From: the human T2T-CHM13v2.0 reference genome, Homo sapiens
Direction: 5' to 3' (one strand)
Length of the DNA: 64,000 nucleotides
Assembly: GCF_009914755.1 (NCBI RefSeq)
Contig: NC_060947.1
Part shown: piece by piece, positions 14,881-35,975 of the stretch
How the letters are laid out: every line of letters begins with the position of its first letter
Position numbering within the stretch: position 1 is the first letter of the stretch
Position numbers and translations under genes: made by a program
Notes under the pieces: generated by a model
What the model was told of the DNA's origin: nothing
Seen by the model: the letters and a program-made list of their open reading frames with translations, nothing else
Databases searched by the model: none

Positions 14881-15430
14881 TCTAGAAGCTTGATAATCAC
14901 TGTACAAGAGGCCGGCTGAATCAATCCACAAATGTCTTAGCAACGAGCAGTGATTAACATTTACCAAACACTTACAAATATGCTAGGAAGTTTGCTGAGC
15001 TCTTGACATGTATTATCTCCTTTATGAGGTAGGAGTTGCCACTATTCATATTTCATGGATAAGGAAGCTGAGGCTCAAAAAGGTAAGGTAATTTGTCTAA
15101 GGTTACACAGCTATTAAATGGAGGAGCCAGGACTTTGATTCAAGTAGGCTGGATCCAAAGCTTGGGTTGTTAAACAAGCATGCTATACAGACTCAAGGTG
15201 GTCAGGTGGGATGATGGATTCCTGGTGGCATCAGAAGCAGCCCAGTTATGCTGACAGTAGATAAAAGAGAGGGTTCTCAGTATGTGGGCAGAACACTGCG
15301 TCAGTATAATGTAAATGTAGGCAGTGGTCTAGGAGGAAGGTGATTAGGTGATTAGTATTGTGAGGTCTAGAAACATGAATGGGGATACTGGGAAGGATAT
15401 GTGACAGGGACTCCATTATTGGAATTAGTC

Positions 15431-15673
15431 CAGGGTTTCTCAACCTCAGCATTCTTGACATGTTGGCCCAGATGATTTTTCATTGTGGGGAGCCATCCTG
15501 TTCATTGTAGGGTGTTTGGCAGCATCCCTGGCCTTACCCCCTTGATAACAATAGCACCTTGTCACCAAGTGTAAAAGCCAAGGACATCTCTAGACATTGC
15601 CAAAATGTCCCCCTTGGGGACAATGCCAAAATGTCCCCCTGGGGGGCAAAATCACTTGCATTTTGGAACCATT
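15431..15673. mobile_element. MER20 hAT MITE with internal ~26-bp tandem duplication
   Basis: cagggtttctcaacctcagca...ggcagcatccctggcc...gacattgccaaaatgtcccccttggg/gacaatgccaaaatgtccccctgggg...gaaccattg. Confidence 0.82.
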
Positions 15674-18496
15674 GAAGTAGATCATAAAACAGTCTTGGTC
15701 ACATGACAATAAGGCAAGGGCTCAGGCATAGCTACCAAAATACAAGATTCAGAAGGGACCAGCATCTTGTGTGATTTGATGCTGCACTGCTGAGCTATTG
15801 CCCTAGTTCTAAGAGTCTCTATGGCTAGAAACAGGATGAATCTCAGATTATGGACTAGAAAAGTCATCTCTTAGTAATGGATAGAAGAGTCAATCCATGG
15901 GAATGAAGTGTCTTCATCCGGGGCTGTGGAGGACTGAAGGGCTACTCTGACAGGGAACTGGGCAGGTCATTATGGAGACTGCCTCTCCATGGCATGGTGC
16001 TATTACTCTTAGCTACACTAAAAAGAAGTCAGTGGACATGTATCTCATGGCAACACCACAGGCCCTTGATTATCATCAGAATAAAAATTCCGTAAGTTAT
16101 GGATATTCTAGGCAAACATGAGGCAAACCTACAATGACTACTATTAATGATGGGAAACTTTTTTTTTTTTTTTTAACTATTATCCCCAAGGTGGGAAACA
16201 GTTTTGTTAGCTGGTACTACTGGAAGCACCCTGGGGCAATTTTGTATTCAGGATCTTTCTGCTTGAACTCCCCATTTGAGATTTCTGAATGGCTTCTCTA
16301 AGAAACAACCATGCACCCAGGAGCCCCTCACTCTGTAGCAAGAATTGATTAGGGTTGGGAAGCCATTGAGAAAACACGCCTGGGCCTGAATAACATCAAA
16401 ATGCCTAAGTTCATCTAGCACAGACATCTTAATGTGACACATTTCAAGAATATTTATTCCTTCTTTAGCAGAAAAACAGGATTCAAAAGTCTCTGTTTCA
16501 TGGCCATGACTGTGCCCCATCATGATAAACAATTGATTATTCAGTACACAATGGCCAGGATTAAATTACTGGGTCACTAATAAAACAGAAGTCATTTAAA
16601 AAATATATAACTTGTGGTTACCAGGAAAAGTAGCTGAAGTCATTTTGTGATTGAACTTATGCTCATCATGTTAACATCATTCAACTGCAAGCAAGTTCTT
16701 TCCAAACATAATCTGTGACAAGCAAATGTTTTCTAATATTTTTATAATGTACTGCCTTTACTCACATGTTTCCCTCTATTACATTTTGAGAGAAAAAAAA
16801 CACTCAAGAACAATGTCCCTATCCCATAATTTCTCTCTCTCTGATATTACTTCCAATTTTATTGCTTTGAACTGGCAGCTGCATTGTCAATAGTGCAGTC
16901 TCAAGCAGTATACCTTTCGCTGTTGTCACAGCGGACCAAGTGTTAAAAGAAAGGAGCAGGAGCTTTGTTGTAGTTGGGAGAAGGGAGGGCTGCTTTGGGC
17001 TTCTAGCTCTACGGCTGCTGTCTCTTGCCTAGCTTTCTCACTGTATGCTCTTAGGCTAGGGGTGTGGGCTGCTGTCTCCCTAGAGAAAAATAAGCTAGGT
17101 GCTGATCAAGAATGAATTAGGGAAACATCGGCTGTCTTGTTCTTATTTCCCTGAAGTCAGACATGCCCCACATCTGAAACTTGAGAAAGCAAAGACAGTT
17201 TACACATAATGATGAATTTTCAATCACTTGCAAAACATGTCCATCTATCTGAAACACATATAGCCAGACACCTCAGAGCTTCAAAGCAGTCTTTCACTCT
17301 GCAGCACCTTTTCAGGAACACATGCCAGGGATAACCCAAAAGAGGCCTTAAAAAGGACTGGGGTTCTAAATTAAATTTACTACTGCTTAGTTTTCTCCTC
17401 CATATTTAGTTAATAGGGGATAAGAATCTCAAAGATGGATGAAAAGTTGCAAGTGGAGAAGGAAATAGTGCACTCAGCTCTTGCAGGGCTCCACCGATGC
17501 AGGGATTGCTTGTCTTTTGTTAGAAAAGGGCAGCAACAGTGAATAGGTATGCAAGGAGGAGCCCTAGCTCCCAGCCAACTCTTCCTCATCTGTGGCCTCA
17601 TTCATATACTTGAGACTCCCTGGAGGCCCCAGACATACATTTGAGAATTCTGGGCAACTGACTCTTCCACAGAATTGCTTTGGGACTTCTTTCATACCGT
17701 GCCAAGGTTGTGTTCCATCAAATTAGCATTGGCATGTTTAACTCTTTCTGAGGCTAGAGATTAATACAGCTTGGATTGATTGCAGTGACAGAAGAATGGA
17801 CTAGATTGCCACTATATTTCATTTAATCCTGACGATTCCATGATCAAGTGGACCACAGCTAAACAGTTATCCCTCACAACTCCAGATGTTTTATGCTAGA
17901 AATGTGTCAGTGACATTCCTGCCTGTGGAATTATAACTCCACTGTGGTTTTTATATTTACTGGGGCTTTGTATTCTTGCCTCTCTACTAAGCCAATTATA
18001 TGTCAGGCACAGCACCTATTTAATGTGCGTTTATCAGGTACTTTTAGAAGAATTTCAAAATATTGCTCATTTTCTCACAGCATCCCTGTGGGATTATTTA
18101 GCATTATTCCTTTGTTATTCAGTGATAAGACGTTAAGCTATAGAGAGATTGAGTATTTGTCTCCAGCTACCCAACAGTTGAGGGATGAAGTCAATATGAG
18201 AATTCCACTTTCAGACTTTGTTCATCATATCATAAATCATAGTTGATATATACACTGCAAAATCACAGAGTTAGAAGAGACCTTGGAGATGACATAGTCC
18301 AGCCTCCTAACAGATACAGTAACACTCCTGCCCAGTAGCCATTCTGCCTCTGCTCAAACATGTGGTGATATGCCACTCCATTTATCTCCAGTGTTGAGAT
18401 TGTGGTTTTGAAATTGGGTGGCCACATTTCCTTCTTCCTCATCAAACACTACTCAACACTCTCAGGCTGATTTCTCTAGTATATAATTCTTTATTA

Positions 18497-18963
<467 letters not shown>

Positions 18964-19012
18964 CAATGCTTTTCTGAGCAGCAATGTGGCTACAGCAGGT
19001 GATGAGGACATA

Positions 19013-19445
19013 TTCCTTGGCTCTTCTTGTCTCCATCTTCAGGGCAGTGGCAGTGGTAGCTGCAATTTGGTAGCTAGCCTGCAGCTATTTATTCATGCCC
19101 AGGATCTGCACACCCTCAAGAAGGTTTGGAGACGGTAGCCCAGATCAAGACTCATGTAGCCCCACTGGAAGCCATTGCCCTGGAAAATCACCTGGTGCTC
19201 TCGGCAGGCATGCATGCCAATGGAGGATGAGGGATAGGGCCCCAATCACCCTGGAAGTGGCCAATCACATGCTTAGAGGTAAAGTCCATGGTTCACTGGC
19301 CTGTGCTTGGAAAGTCATCAGGCTCTCAAGGTTACCAAAAAGGAGGAGGAGGACAGGGAGGAAGGCAGGGGGAGATGACAGCCAGGCCAAGCAGCAGATG
19401 CAGTGCAAATGTCACTTCATCAGTGTTGTGTCTAGCTTTGGCAAG
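19013..19445 (+). pseudogene. Degraded processed pseudogene of FAU (ubiquitin-like Fubi fused to ribosomal protein eS30)
   Basis: Frameshifted segments read LQLFIHAQDLHTLK / LETVAQIKTHVAPLEAIALENHLVLSAG / PMEDE / [23 protein letters not shown]...AKQQMQCKCHFISVVSSFGK. These are colinear with FAU [90 protein letters not shown]. Intronless; start codon reads CTG (19079-19081). Confidence 0.9.
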
Positions 19446-20579
19446 ACATCCATAATGTACTGTTAAAAAGAACAGGTTTGTAGAACATTTGTTAAAAAAA
19501 AAAGTCTTTGTGTATTTGTGTGTGTTTCTGTTTTACTATGTAGAGAAAATACCTAGGACACACATAATTTGTTCATAGTAATGACTTCTAGGGCGTTATT
19601 TTGAGAGTGGGAAATAGGGGATGATTTCCTTTACATGCTTTTATGTTGTTATAATTCTTATAGCTAACATGCATTATTTTTACAACTTCAAGATAAACAA
19701 ATGAATGTGGAGAAGGGTGGTGGTGACCTAGGACCCTTGTGATTGAATAATTTCACATCTTATATTTGGAGTTAAGAAATTAGGGGGTAGAGGGAGAAAA
19801 TTGCTTAAGTAAATATGACGTATCTTCATTTTGCTTGGGTAGACAAAGCTCAGACTATTCTAAACTCTGGATCTCTCAGTGGACATTGAAACCCTTCCTT
19901 CCCTGTGCAGGCACATTGCGAAGAAGAGAGATACTATCTACTTGGTGGTTTGAGTACAAGGCTGATTTGCTGACAAGGGTAGGCTCAGAGGAGCTCTGTT
20001 GATCATTTTTAGCTCCAAAGTTCTATCCACAATTCTTATATGAATAATAGAGTTGATGGTGGCTACAAACATTAAATCGTACTAAATCCCAGTGCATCCG
20101 CTTACTAGATGTATGAGCTTGGACAAGTTATTTAACCTCTTTGTGCCTTGATGTCTCCACTTGTAAATATGGATAATAGCATTATTCTGCATCACAGGAT
20201 GGTTGTGGGTATCGAATAAGATAATGCATGTTATATACCTAGGATGGATACTGGCACAAAGTAAATGCCCAAAGTGTGTTTGCTAATATTATTACTAGAC
20301 ACAGAGAATGTTAAATGTTTGGAGTCCATCCAGGTGGGTATATCTAGCTGAAAGTTACAAAATAAATCATGGGCCTTTGACAGATATTTGGCTGCAAAGG
20401 GAGGAGTGAAATAATCCTGGGCAGCACCAATATTTAAAGGAGAAAAAGATAAGGATTCTGAAAAAGAGATGAAGGCAATGGACAGAGACAGAAGAAGGTA
20501 ACTACTTAGGCATGGTATCATGGGTGTCAAAATTGTTGTCAATCAATGAATATCAACCAATAAAAATGGGACACAGACA

Positions 20580-20734
20580 AAACAAAGGGGTATCAGGAAG
20601 CTATTGGAGGTGATGAATAGGTTTATCACCTTGATTTTGGTGCATGGGTATATGCATATGTCCAAACACATCAAACTGGATACATGAAATGCATGCAGTT
20701 TTTTAATACATGAATTTTACCTCAATAAAGCTGT
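20580..20734 (+). mobile_element. Old L1M (L1MD/ME-like) 3' end with retained TSD
   Basis: ggaggtgatgaataggtttatcaccttgat...ttacctcaataaagctgtt; flanked by taaaaatgggacac(a/c)gaca (18/19 identical). Confidence 0.75.
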
Positions 20735-22214
20735 TAAAAATGGGACACCGACATTGGACCTATGTGTATGGGGTGATAGGAGTGGAGGGAAAGAGTGTCA
20801 TCTAAGGAAGAAGACAGATGAAAGAAGAGAGTGTCAAAGACCAACATGGCCAGCTTCTCACCAATATTTGCTAAGGGGAAGCCCTGCCCAACTAGACCCC
20901 TGGGTAATCAGTGGACCTGGCCCTTTCCTTTCACCATACTCTAGTCCTCTCTGTCCTGACTGCCAGTCAGAAAACTACTAACAACCTTCTGGGATGATGC
21001 TGACTGTTCACCAAGGTCCCAACTAAACAGCCATTCAATCAATGGCCATAGACACATCCCAACTAAGATGAAAGAAAAAAAGAGGGTGGGCAGATGAGCA
21101 CAGCAACCCAGCTATTTGTGATCAGATTTAGTACCGACCTAGCCCAGTGTCCTGGATCTGCTGAGTGAAATATCCAGGGCCTTCCTCCATGAGGCTAATC
21201 TCATGAGGGTAACATGAGTCACAAGCACTGATTTCATCACCAACTTTTCACTCCAGTACCCACTGTGAACAAGCTACCATCATTTCCACTCCCGACATCA
21301 TTGTGCATTCACTTCCTTCTGACCAGCGTGCCATCTTCTTTCTGCTGTTCCAGCTCAAAGACTATTTATTTTCTGAAACGTTCCTCACTTGAACTGCCCT
21401 ATCTACTGGCATCCTGTGTGGCCTCTTATATTGTCTACTTCACACATTTTGGATGATGTAGCATACATTTCCTTGTACTGTTATTGTCTCATGTTTGTTG
21501 TTAGCATATGGAAATAAATCAGTACAGAATAGTGTTTGGTGGGCTGGGATACAATAGCTCTGAGGAGAGATGGAAAGGTGGCTGTGAATTTTGCACTGAT
21601 GTTTCACACTTGAATTGAGCTTGCAATAAGAGTCATAAGTTGGAAAAAAACAATAACAGAGTAAATATTGAGCGGGCTGGGGTGAAAATGAGACAAAATG
21701 GCTGCCCACTAGACAACTGTACAGGTGAAGTGAAGGGAGAGGACATGACATCATATGCAGATGAGACATATCTGCCCAGGGACAGACAATAGGAAACTTT
21801 CTAATGGGACATGTGTATGTGCATAAGGGCTATATATAACCCTGATGCATGAGGTTAAGGGAGGGAAGCCCTGAGTTGATGGTAACCATGAAGAAAGAGG
21901 GGCTGTGGCAAAAAACAGAAACAAAAAAACAAACAAAAACACTCATGTGTTTTCATTAAGTGAATTGCTTTCGAGGTTATTTCACTGTTTATTCCTTGTG
22001 AAGTGTGCAGCCAACTCCCTTGGTCCGTGTTAGATCAAGTTTAAATAATTATATTTTTCTTTCTGAGAGCCAAGCATCACTGTTTTAAGTCTTTTGTGTC
22101 CCTTGAAACATAGAGCCATGCCTAAGAGGAGTGATCTGACTGGTCAGCATATGCATAACTATTCTTCTCATGAGACTATAAATTTCTTTTTTTGTAACAT
22201 CCCCCAAAATAATT

Positions 22215-22670
22215 TATTTTTATTTATTATTTTAAATTTTGTTTTTAATTGATTCATTATTGTACATATTTATGGGGTACAGTGTGATCTTTCAATACAT
22301 GTATACACTGTATAATCAGACATTTGCCTTTTTGCTATTGAGTTGAGTTTCTTATATATTCTGAGAATTAACCCCATGTCAGATGTATCGTTTACAAATA
22401 TTTTCTCCTACGCTTTAGGTTGTCTCTTCACTCTGTTATTTCCTTCTCTGTGGAAAAGCTTTTTAGTTTAATGCAATCCCATTTGTCTTTTTGCTCTTGT
22501 TGCCTGTACTTTTAAGCTTTTATCCAAAAAATTCTTTCCCGAACCAGTGCCATAAAGTGTTTCTCCTTCGTTTTTTTGTTTTGTTTTGTTTTGTTCTGTT
22601 TTTTTTTTTGAGTAATTTTATGGTTTCAGGTTTCATATTTATGTCTTAAACAATTTTGAGCTGATTTTCT
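22215..22670 (-). mobile_element. Old L1MA-like fragment (3' end joined to ORF2 piece)
   Basis: ttgtacatatttatggggtacagtgtgat followed by ttgctattgagttgagtttcttatatattctg...agctttttagtttaatgcaatccc. Confidence 0.7.
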
Positions 22671-28615
<5,945 letters not shown>

Positions 28616-28667
28616 GCGGAGTCTCTGTTGCCCAGGCTGGAGTGCAGTGGGATGATCTGGACTCTTT

Positions 28668-29646
<979 letters not shown>

Positions 29647-29649
29647 GTA

Positions 29650-30585
29650 GGGAAAGACTTTTTCCTGAAGATGTGTCTTAGGGTGTTGATTTGGTCGGGT
29701 GCTTTGGCTTTGCTTCTGTATAAGCACAGTAAGGTAGTCTCTGTTTAATTTCTTCAGCTATAATCAATATCAACAGTGTCTGCAAGTGCTTCAGTGCCCT
29801 AGGCTGTGGGTATTGTGGTGGTGTGGCTTTGCTGATAATGATGCTGCTGGTTAGGTCAGGGATGTGCAAAGTGTGGCATTTCCACCAGTCGTGGAGGTGG
29901 CTTCTCCACTGTGCAGGGTCGCTTGTTCCTTGAAATGCAGGGCACTGCATAGGCTTGGGTGTCAAAGTCACAGCTGTTCTACTTGGTCTAGGCTCCAAGC
30001 AACTGGGGTGTGGCATTGCAGCCACTTGTGTGAGTATGATGGAATGACAGTGGGGCGTCAGAGAGGGGGAGATACAGTGGCTACTGGCCCCCAGAGCAAG
30101 ATGCATTCTAGCAGTGGCTCTAGTCTCAAGATAGTGCTGTGAGGGATGGTGCACCATGTGGGCTCCTCCTCTGGAACAATGCAGCCACACGGACTCCAGG
30201 CAGCTCCCTAAACTGGGCTCAGTGTCTGTGAGGACTGTGGGACTCTGCTGTAGCAAGGACTGCAGGTGTCAATGGCAGTAATGAGGGCTGCTGGGGATCT
30301 TCTGTTTATATTTTCCCCATGATGAGAAGCCCATGCTGTCTCTGAGCCAGTCTCAGCAAGAGAGACAGGGTCATGGAGGCAGGGTGCTTCACTTCCCTCT
30401 CTACACTGCCATTCTGAGTTTCCCTGCTCCACAGGGAATTCACCAGTCCCTTGCTATATTCTGGTGTTCTCCCTTAGACACTCTAGTTGAAGTGTAGTTG
30501 TTTAATTGTTGTTTTCGTACTTTTTGTGGAGGGGATGAATGTTAGGTACCTCTCATCAGCCATATCTCTTGATGATGTCACTCTG
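29650..30585 (-). mobile_element. L1M 5'-region fragment (probably the 5' end of the L1MA element at 22671-28615)
   Basis: GC-richer degenerate L1M 5'UTR-like antisense sequence ending ...tcagccatatctcttgatgatgtcactc. Confidence 0.5.
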
Positions 30586-32608
30586 AGTATACATTTCTTG
30601 AAAGCACTAACTGGATATTTCAATTTGATTGTGAGGCATATGATTAGTAGTCAAAAATACTTAGAAAGTTGAACAGAACTAAATAGAGTTAATCATTTGC
30701 TGAAACTCTGTCATCAATGAATTGTTCTAGATAGACACTACTTGTAGCTGCTTTATTTATTTGCAGCTCCATTGTAAATGGTAGCATTTCTGATGATTCC
30801 TCAAAGGCAAAGTGGGGTGGTAGAAAGAGTAGCTTGGGGGGCAGGAGGTATTTGTGTCAGTTCAGGCTCAGCTGAGTGACCTTGAAGTGTGGTCACTTCA
30901 GACCACAGGATCTTGAAACTCCCTACAATTCCATTCTGTGAATGAAGTAAGCTATGTTTACTGAAAGTTAGCACAGATACATGAGAGTAGGTAACTCAGT
31001 TTATCACTTTGGCCAGTATGATGCCATGCAGTCATTCTGTCCTTTTCTCTCAATTTAAACTAAACGATTTATTTTCTTGATTTGATTGACAAAATCCATT
31101 GTTTTCACCTAGAAGTTTGACTTTGGAATGGGAATCAAAGCAAATAATAGAATTATCATGATATCATATCATTAAACCTATTTGTCATGTAAGGAAACTG
31201 ATGCTTAAACAAGGTAAATGACCTTCCCAAGGTCGTTCAGTCTGAATTATTAACCACTATGTGCTAGTGGGTGCTTAATACATTTTTTTAATGAATAAAT
31301 GACATTAGTCAGCAGGTGATTTGAGCAGCATGGCTTCAACTAGTAGGAGTAGGAGTAGTACTAGCTACCATTTATTGAGTACTTACTAGATATCATGGAC
31401 TCTTCTGAGTAATATGCATGTATTATTTCATTTGATTCTCACTGTAATACTATGAAATAGACTTCATTATCATTCCTAGTTACAGATGAAGAAATTGGGG
31501 TTTGGAGAGATTAAATTATTTGTTCAAGGAAACACATCTAATAAGTGTCTGACTTCAAAGCCTATGGTCTTTCTACCACTGCAGGCTATCTATAAATAGC
31601 AGGATGACTTTTATAATTTTCTCCTTGAATTTCTGCTTTTATATTAAATGTTTGAGATTTATAGGCTAGACATTTTATTTTCCTTCTCCGTGATCCCGTC
31701 ACCTTTCTCCAGGCCCTCGCTGTCCCCCTCCACACTGTGTAATCTCAGTCTGAGACAAAAAAACAGATAGGAGGAGTAAATGAAGTGTCCTGTTGCTGAT
31801 TTTCTATAATCTCAACATAAACACTTATCAGTGTTGTTGAGATTTAATCTCTCTAGCTCATCTGTGAGACCAATTTTAATTTTGAGCCATCTGCCACAGA
31901 CAAATGAGTAATTATGGAAGAGCCCAGAGGGGCGGGCCATGGGGAGAAGGTTGGCTTAGCCTCTTTTCACCTGCTTGCATTGACGCAAGTGACCAAGAAA
32001 GAAAATTACTTGGGTGGGTTGTTGATATAGAGGCCAGCAGCTCTACCTCCCTGTTGCTCAAATCCTTAGACTCTAGTGAAAAAGGAAGGATGACTTTGAG
32101 GTCGTGCAGATTGCCTGGCAACAGACGGGAGAGCATTGCCATCAGGGCCAGGCAGAAGGAGGTAATCTTAGAACTAAGTTGGCTTGTTTACCAGCCTCTT
32201 CCTCTCACTCCACTGGTGGTGCCTTGTGAGGAGTACCGTTTGCCAGCTGGTCTCTCCATACCATACGACATGCTAAGTCAAATGGATGGAGTAAAGCTGA
32301 AAATAATAGTTATTGACCTCTGTGTAGCATTTTTCAAAGCTTTTTTTCAAAAGACTTGGGCATATCTTAACCTTATTTCTTTCTCACAATAGGTTTCTGG
32401 ATTAGGTAGGGCTAGGCATTGTTAGCTTCATTCTGCAGATGGTGGAGTTGAGCTACAGAGAGATTCTGTGACTTGCCCAAGGTCACACTGTTAGCTACAA
32501 GCTGGCTTGCACCATTAACGGTGAATTAGAGTCTGTCACTCTGTCTTGTAGGCCAGTGGCTTTTAAGCTGTGTTCACTCCTCAGAGGCCAAGGAGGTGTG
32601 GGAGTAGA

Positions 32609-32611
<3 letters not shown>

Positions 32612-32683
<72 letters not shown>
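32612..32683. repeat. Compound microsatellite (GT)18(GA)18
   Basis: Read directly from sequence. Confidence 0.97.
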
Positions 32684-32688
<5 letters not shown>

Positions 32689-32837
32689 CAAGTGGGTTTG
32701 AAATACAACCTGCACTTAAACTAGGGAAACTCTGCTTGGGTCTGTTTTGCATCTGAGTGGGTTTTCATTTAATGAAAGACTCTACTGCTGAAAATGTTTA
32801 AGAACCACTTGTTTAGACAAATATTTCTCATAGAGAG

Positions 32838-33326
32838 TATAGTGGGTTGAACTGTGTCCCCCAAAAGATATATTCAAGTCTTAACTCTTGGTACTTGTGA
32901 ATGTGACCTTATTTGGAAGAAGGGTCTTTGCAGATTTAATCAAGTTAAGATGAGGTCATCCTGGATTAGGGTGGGCACTAAATCAAATGACTGGTATCTT
33001 CATAATAAAAAGGAGAGGAAGATTTAGGTAAAGAGACACAGAAGAAAACTACAGAGACACAGAAGAAAGATACAGAGGAGAACTCTGACAACAGAGGCAG
33101 AGATTGTAGTGATGCGGCTATAAGCCAAGGTATGCAGAGGATTATCAGCAACCACCAGAGACTAGCAGGGAGGCATGGAACAGATTCTCCCTCCAGAAGA
33201 AACCAGCCATGCTGATACATTCTTATCAGACTTCTGACCTCTTGACCTGTGAGAGAAGACATTTTTGTTGTTTTAAGAGACCCAATTTATGGTAATTTGT
33301 TATGGCAGCCCTAGGAAACAAATACA
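32838..33326 (+). mobile_element. MaLR solo LTR (MLT1C-like)
   Basis: tatagtgggttgaactgtgtccccc...gtgaccttatttggaa...gcagccctaggaaacaaataca; perfect 5-bp TSD gagag. Confidence 0.85.
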
Positions 33327-35675
33327 GAGAGGTACGTGGACCTCTTACCTAGAAACAGGTTGGGGTGCATTTGTTAAAATTCTGCTTTCAGACCTAAACT
33401 CCAAGATTCTGAATCTGTAGGTATGTAGTGGGGCTCAGAAATCTGCATTTTGACAAGTTGCTCATGTGCACAACAATTGATTTAGAGCTGGTTTTGAGCA
33501 TACACAGACGCGAGTCTCCTCTCTGAATTGCGGTTGGATTTGCTCTCCCTGATAACAGTACTCCTCTAGTGGTTTCTACAGTCAGTGGCTCAAAGGTAGC
33601 AAGCATACTAGACCAGAAATAGGTGGGCATTAGACCTTATGTTGTCTCAAGAATTTTGACTTCTGAGACCAATTTCAGATGATTTACCCAACAAAAATCA
33701 CAAATTTCCCTGGTTGTCAAAAATCTACCCCTAAGTAAACAGGCCACAGTGATTAGGTAGTGGGCCAAGAGGGTCAGATTTCTGGAGCAACAAGTCCACA
33801 GAGTAACATATAACATACACACACACATGTGTGCGCACACACACCGACATACATAGACACACACACCCCTGTTTGGTGAGGAAAATTCTACCTGATAGAG
33901 TGTCATCATATTTTTAAAGATTTTGTTCTTATTAAAAATGAAAGTCTCCATATCAAAGTTGATCCTTGAAGTTACTGTCAGCCCCTTATGCCCAGCCCCT
34001 GACCTTTGTCTGAGATGATAGACTAAAAGACGGGGAAGAGCACAAGAGTCTGGGATAAGGATAGAGCAGACAGCTTCTTACTTCTAGCCTGGAGCTAAAG
34101 CCCTTGCCCAGTAAAGCCAAGGAAGGCAGTGGTTTATCTTCCCAAGAGTGATGGAGGTCAATTGTGCCCAATATCCTGGAAAGATAAGGGAGGGACTCAG
34201 TGAAAAAGAGTAGTTGTTTGAATTCCAAGTGTGGGAGAAAGGCCTCCCTGAAAATGGCTTGCCCGTCTAAACCAAAGGTCCTTCAGAAAGTCTGTGTTTG
34301 CTCACATCCCTGATGGCTCCCAAGTAAACAAATTTTGTTTCTATCTCCCAGAAAGACAGAGCTCCAGTACTGTGACAGTTACAGTTACAGACATATGACT
34401 TATCACAGAGATTGTCAGAGCAATGGAAGAAAATGAAATTTAGCAGAGGCTCATGTTGGGGGTTAGAGGGAGAGAGAAGAAAGGGAGGAGAAGGCTGCTG
34501 AAGAGACTTGGGAATGGAGCTGATAACTTTGTGGGTTTGTACATACAGTGTGATAGCTAAGTATGGACAAAGTAGGTCTTATATTGGGAATGTGTATGAA
34601 AGGGTCCTGATAAAAACCTGCCTGAGCCAAGTAGCTTTACCCAGGTTCCATAGGATTGACTTTCCACTGTCAGTGGGTTCATTTCTGTAAGTTAAGTAGT
34701 ACCTTTCCCCAGGAAGGTCATGCCTTTGATTGCACCTTAGTGTAAGTTTGCCTAGTGTCTTTCTTCCTGACTGGCAGAGCCTCAGCATTTAGTAGAGCAT
34801 AGAGGAAAGATGGAGGAAATGAGGGCCATCAAATGAGAACTCGGCCCACTTTCAAAACTCAGACAGAGCTGGCATTACTAGCCTCCTTCTTGGAAACTTC
34901 TCTGTGATCTCCTCATTCCCAAAACTGTAATGAAGCTAAATCAAGTTGAATATGAAAGTCCAGAGGGTCTTGTTCAATCAGCAAGCCATGTGCTTTTCTG
35001 GAAAATTCACTTAACTCTTTCATGTTCCTCAGCAAACATTTATATATCACCCATCATGTACTAGGCTCTGGGTTAAGTACTGATGAGGGAAACATGGAAA
35101 CCATTGAACATGAGATTTTTGCCTCACATTTGAGAAACAATTTAATTACAGAGATCAGACATTTACACAAGTAAGGCTAGACAATAGTACAAAATGATAT
35201 GTGATTGGTGTCAAGTGAAGGGAAAAGCCAATAGGCTGCAGATTCTCAGAGGTTGGCAAAGTCATTCTGGAGCAGTGTAGCTGGGTAAGCCTTAGTATAG
35301 AATAGCACATTAAATCACCCAGGCACTTGGCAGGGATCTGGGGAAATGGGGAATAAAACATACCAGCTTTAATGGAGATAGTGAGGTGGACCGAGTCAGG
35401 TCAGGAACATATTCACACCTCTCTGCTTTGCTAGTCATTCAAATCCTTCAGGCCCCTCCTTTCCAGAGGGCTGATATATCCTCCATTGATCTACTTTGTC
35501 TCAGAACTTCTGTGCTGGGAATCCTGACTTACTCAGACTGCTAGGGAAGCAGTGTGGCTTAGTGGTTAGGAGAGTGTGTTCAAGAGCTAAGCTGCCTGGG
35601 TTTGAATGCTGGCTCTCATATTTACTAGTTGTGATCTTGGACAATTGACCTAATCATCATGTGAGTCAATTTTTC

Positions 35676-35975
35676 TTTTTTATTTATTTATTTATTTTGA
35701 GACAGAGTGTCTCTCTGCCACCCAGGCTGGAGTATAGTGGTGCGATCTTGGCTCACTGCAACCTCCGCTTCCTGGGTTCAAGCGATTCTCCTGTCTCAGC
35801 CTTCTGAGTAGCTGGAATTACAGGCCTGCACTACCACATCCAGCTAATTTTTGTGTTTTTAGTAGAGACCGGGTTTCTTCTAGGCTGGTCTTGAATTCCT
35901 GAGCTCAAGTGAACTGCCCACCTCGGACAAATCCCAAAGTGCTGGGATTACAGGCATGAGCCACTGCAGCTGGTC
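35676..35975 (-). mobile_element. AluS SINE inserted into a plus-strand MIR (~35545-36090)
   Basis: Antisense Alu with (TTTA)n tail; TSD tcaatttttctt on both sides; MIR core continues across it. Confidence 0.88.

Noticed and set aside
21700-21920. TATA-like ctatatataa region suggesting a promoter or ancient LTR
   Set aside because: Could not identify termini or family with confidence.
29678-30256. 192-aa minus-strand ORF
   Set aside because: Lies within degenerate L1M 5'-region sequence; no recognisable protein.
31904-32392. 162-aa plus-strand ORF in unique-looking sequence
   Set aside because: No recognisable homology or splice structure; length is compatible with chance.
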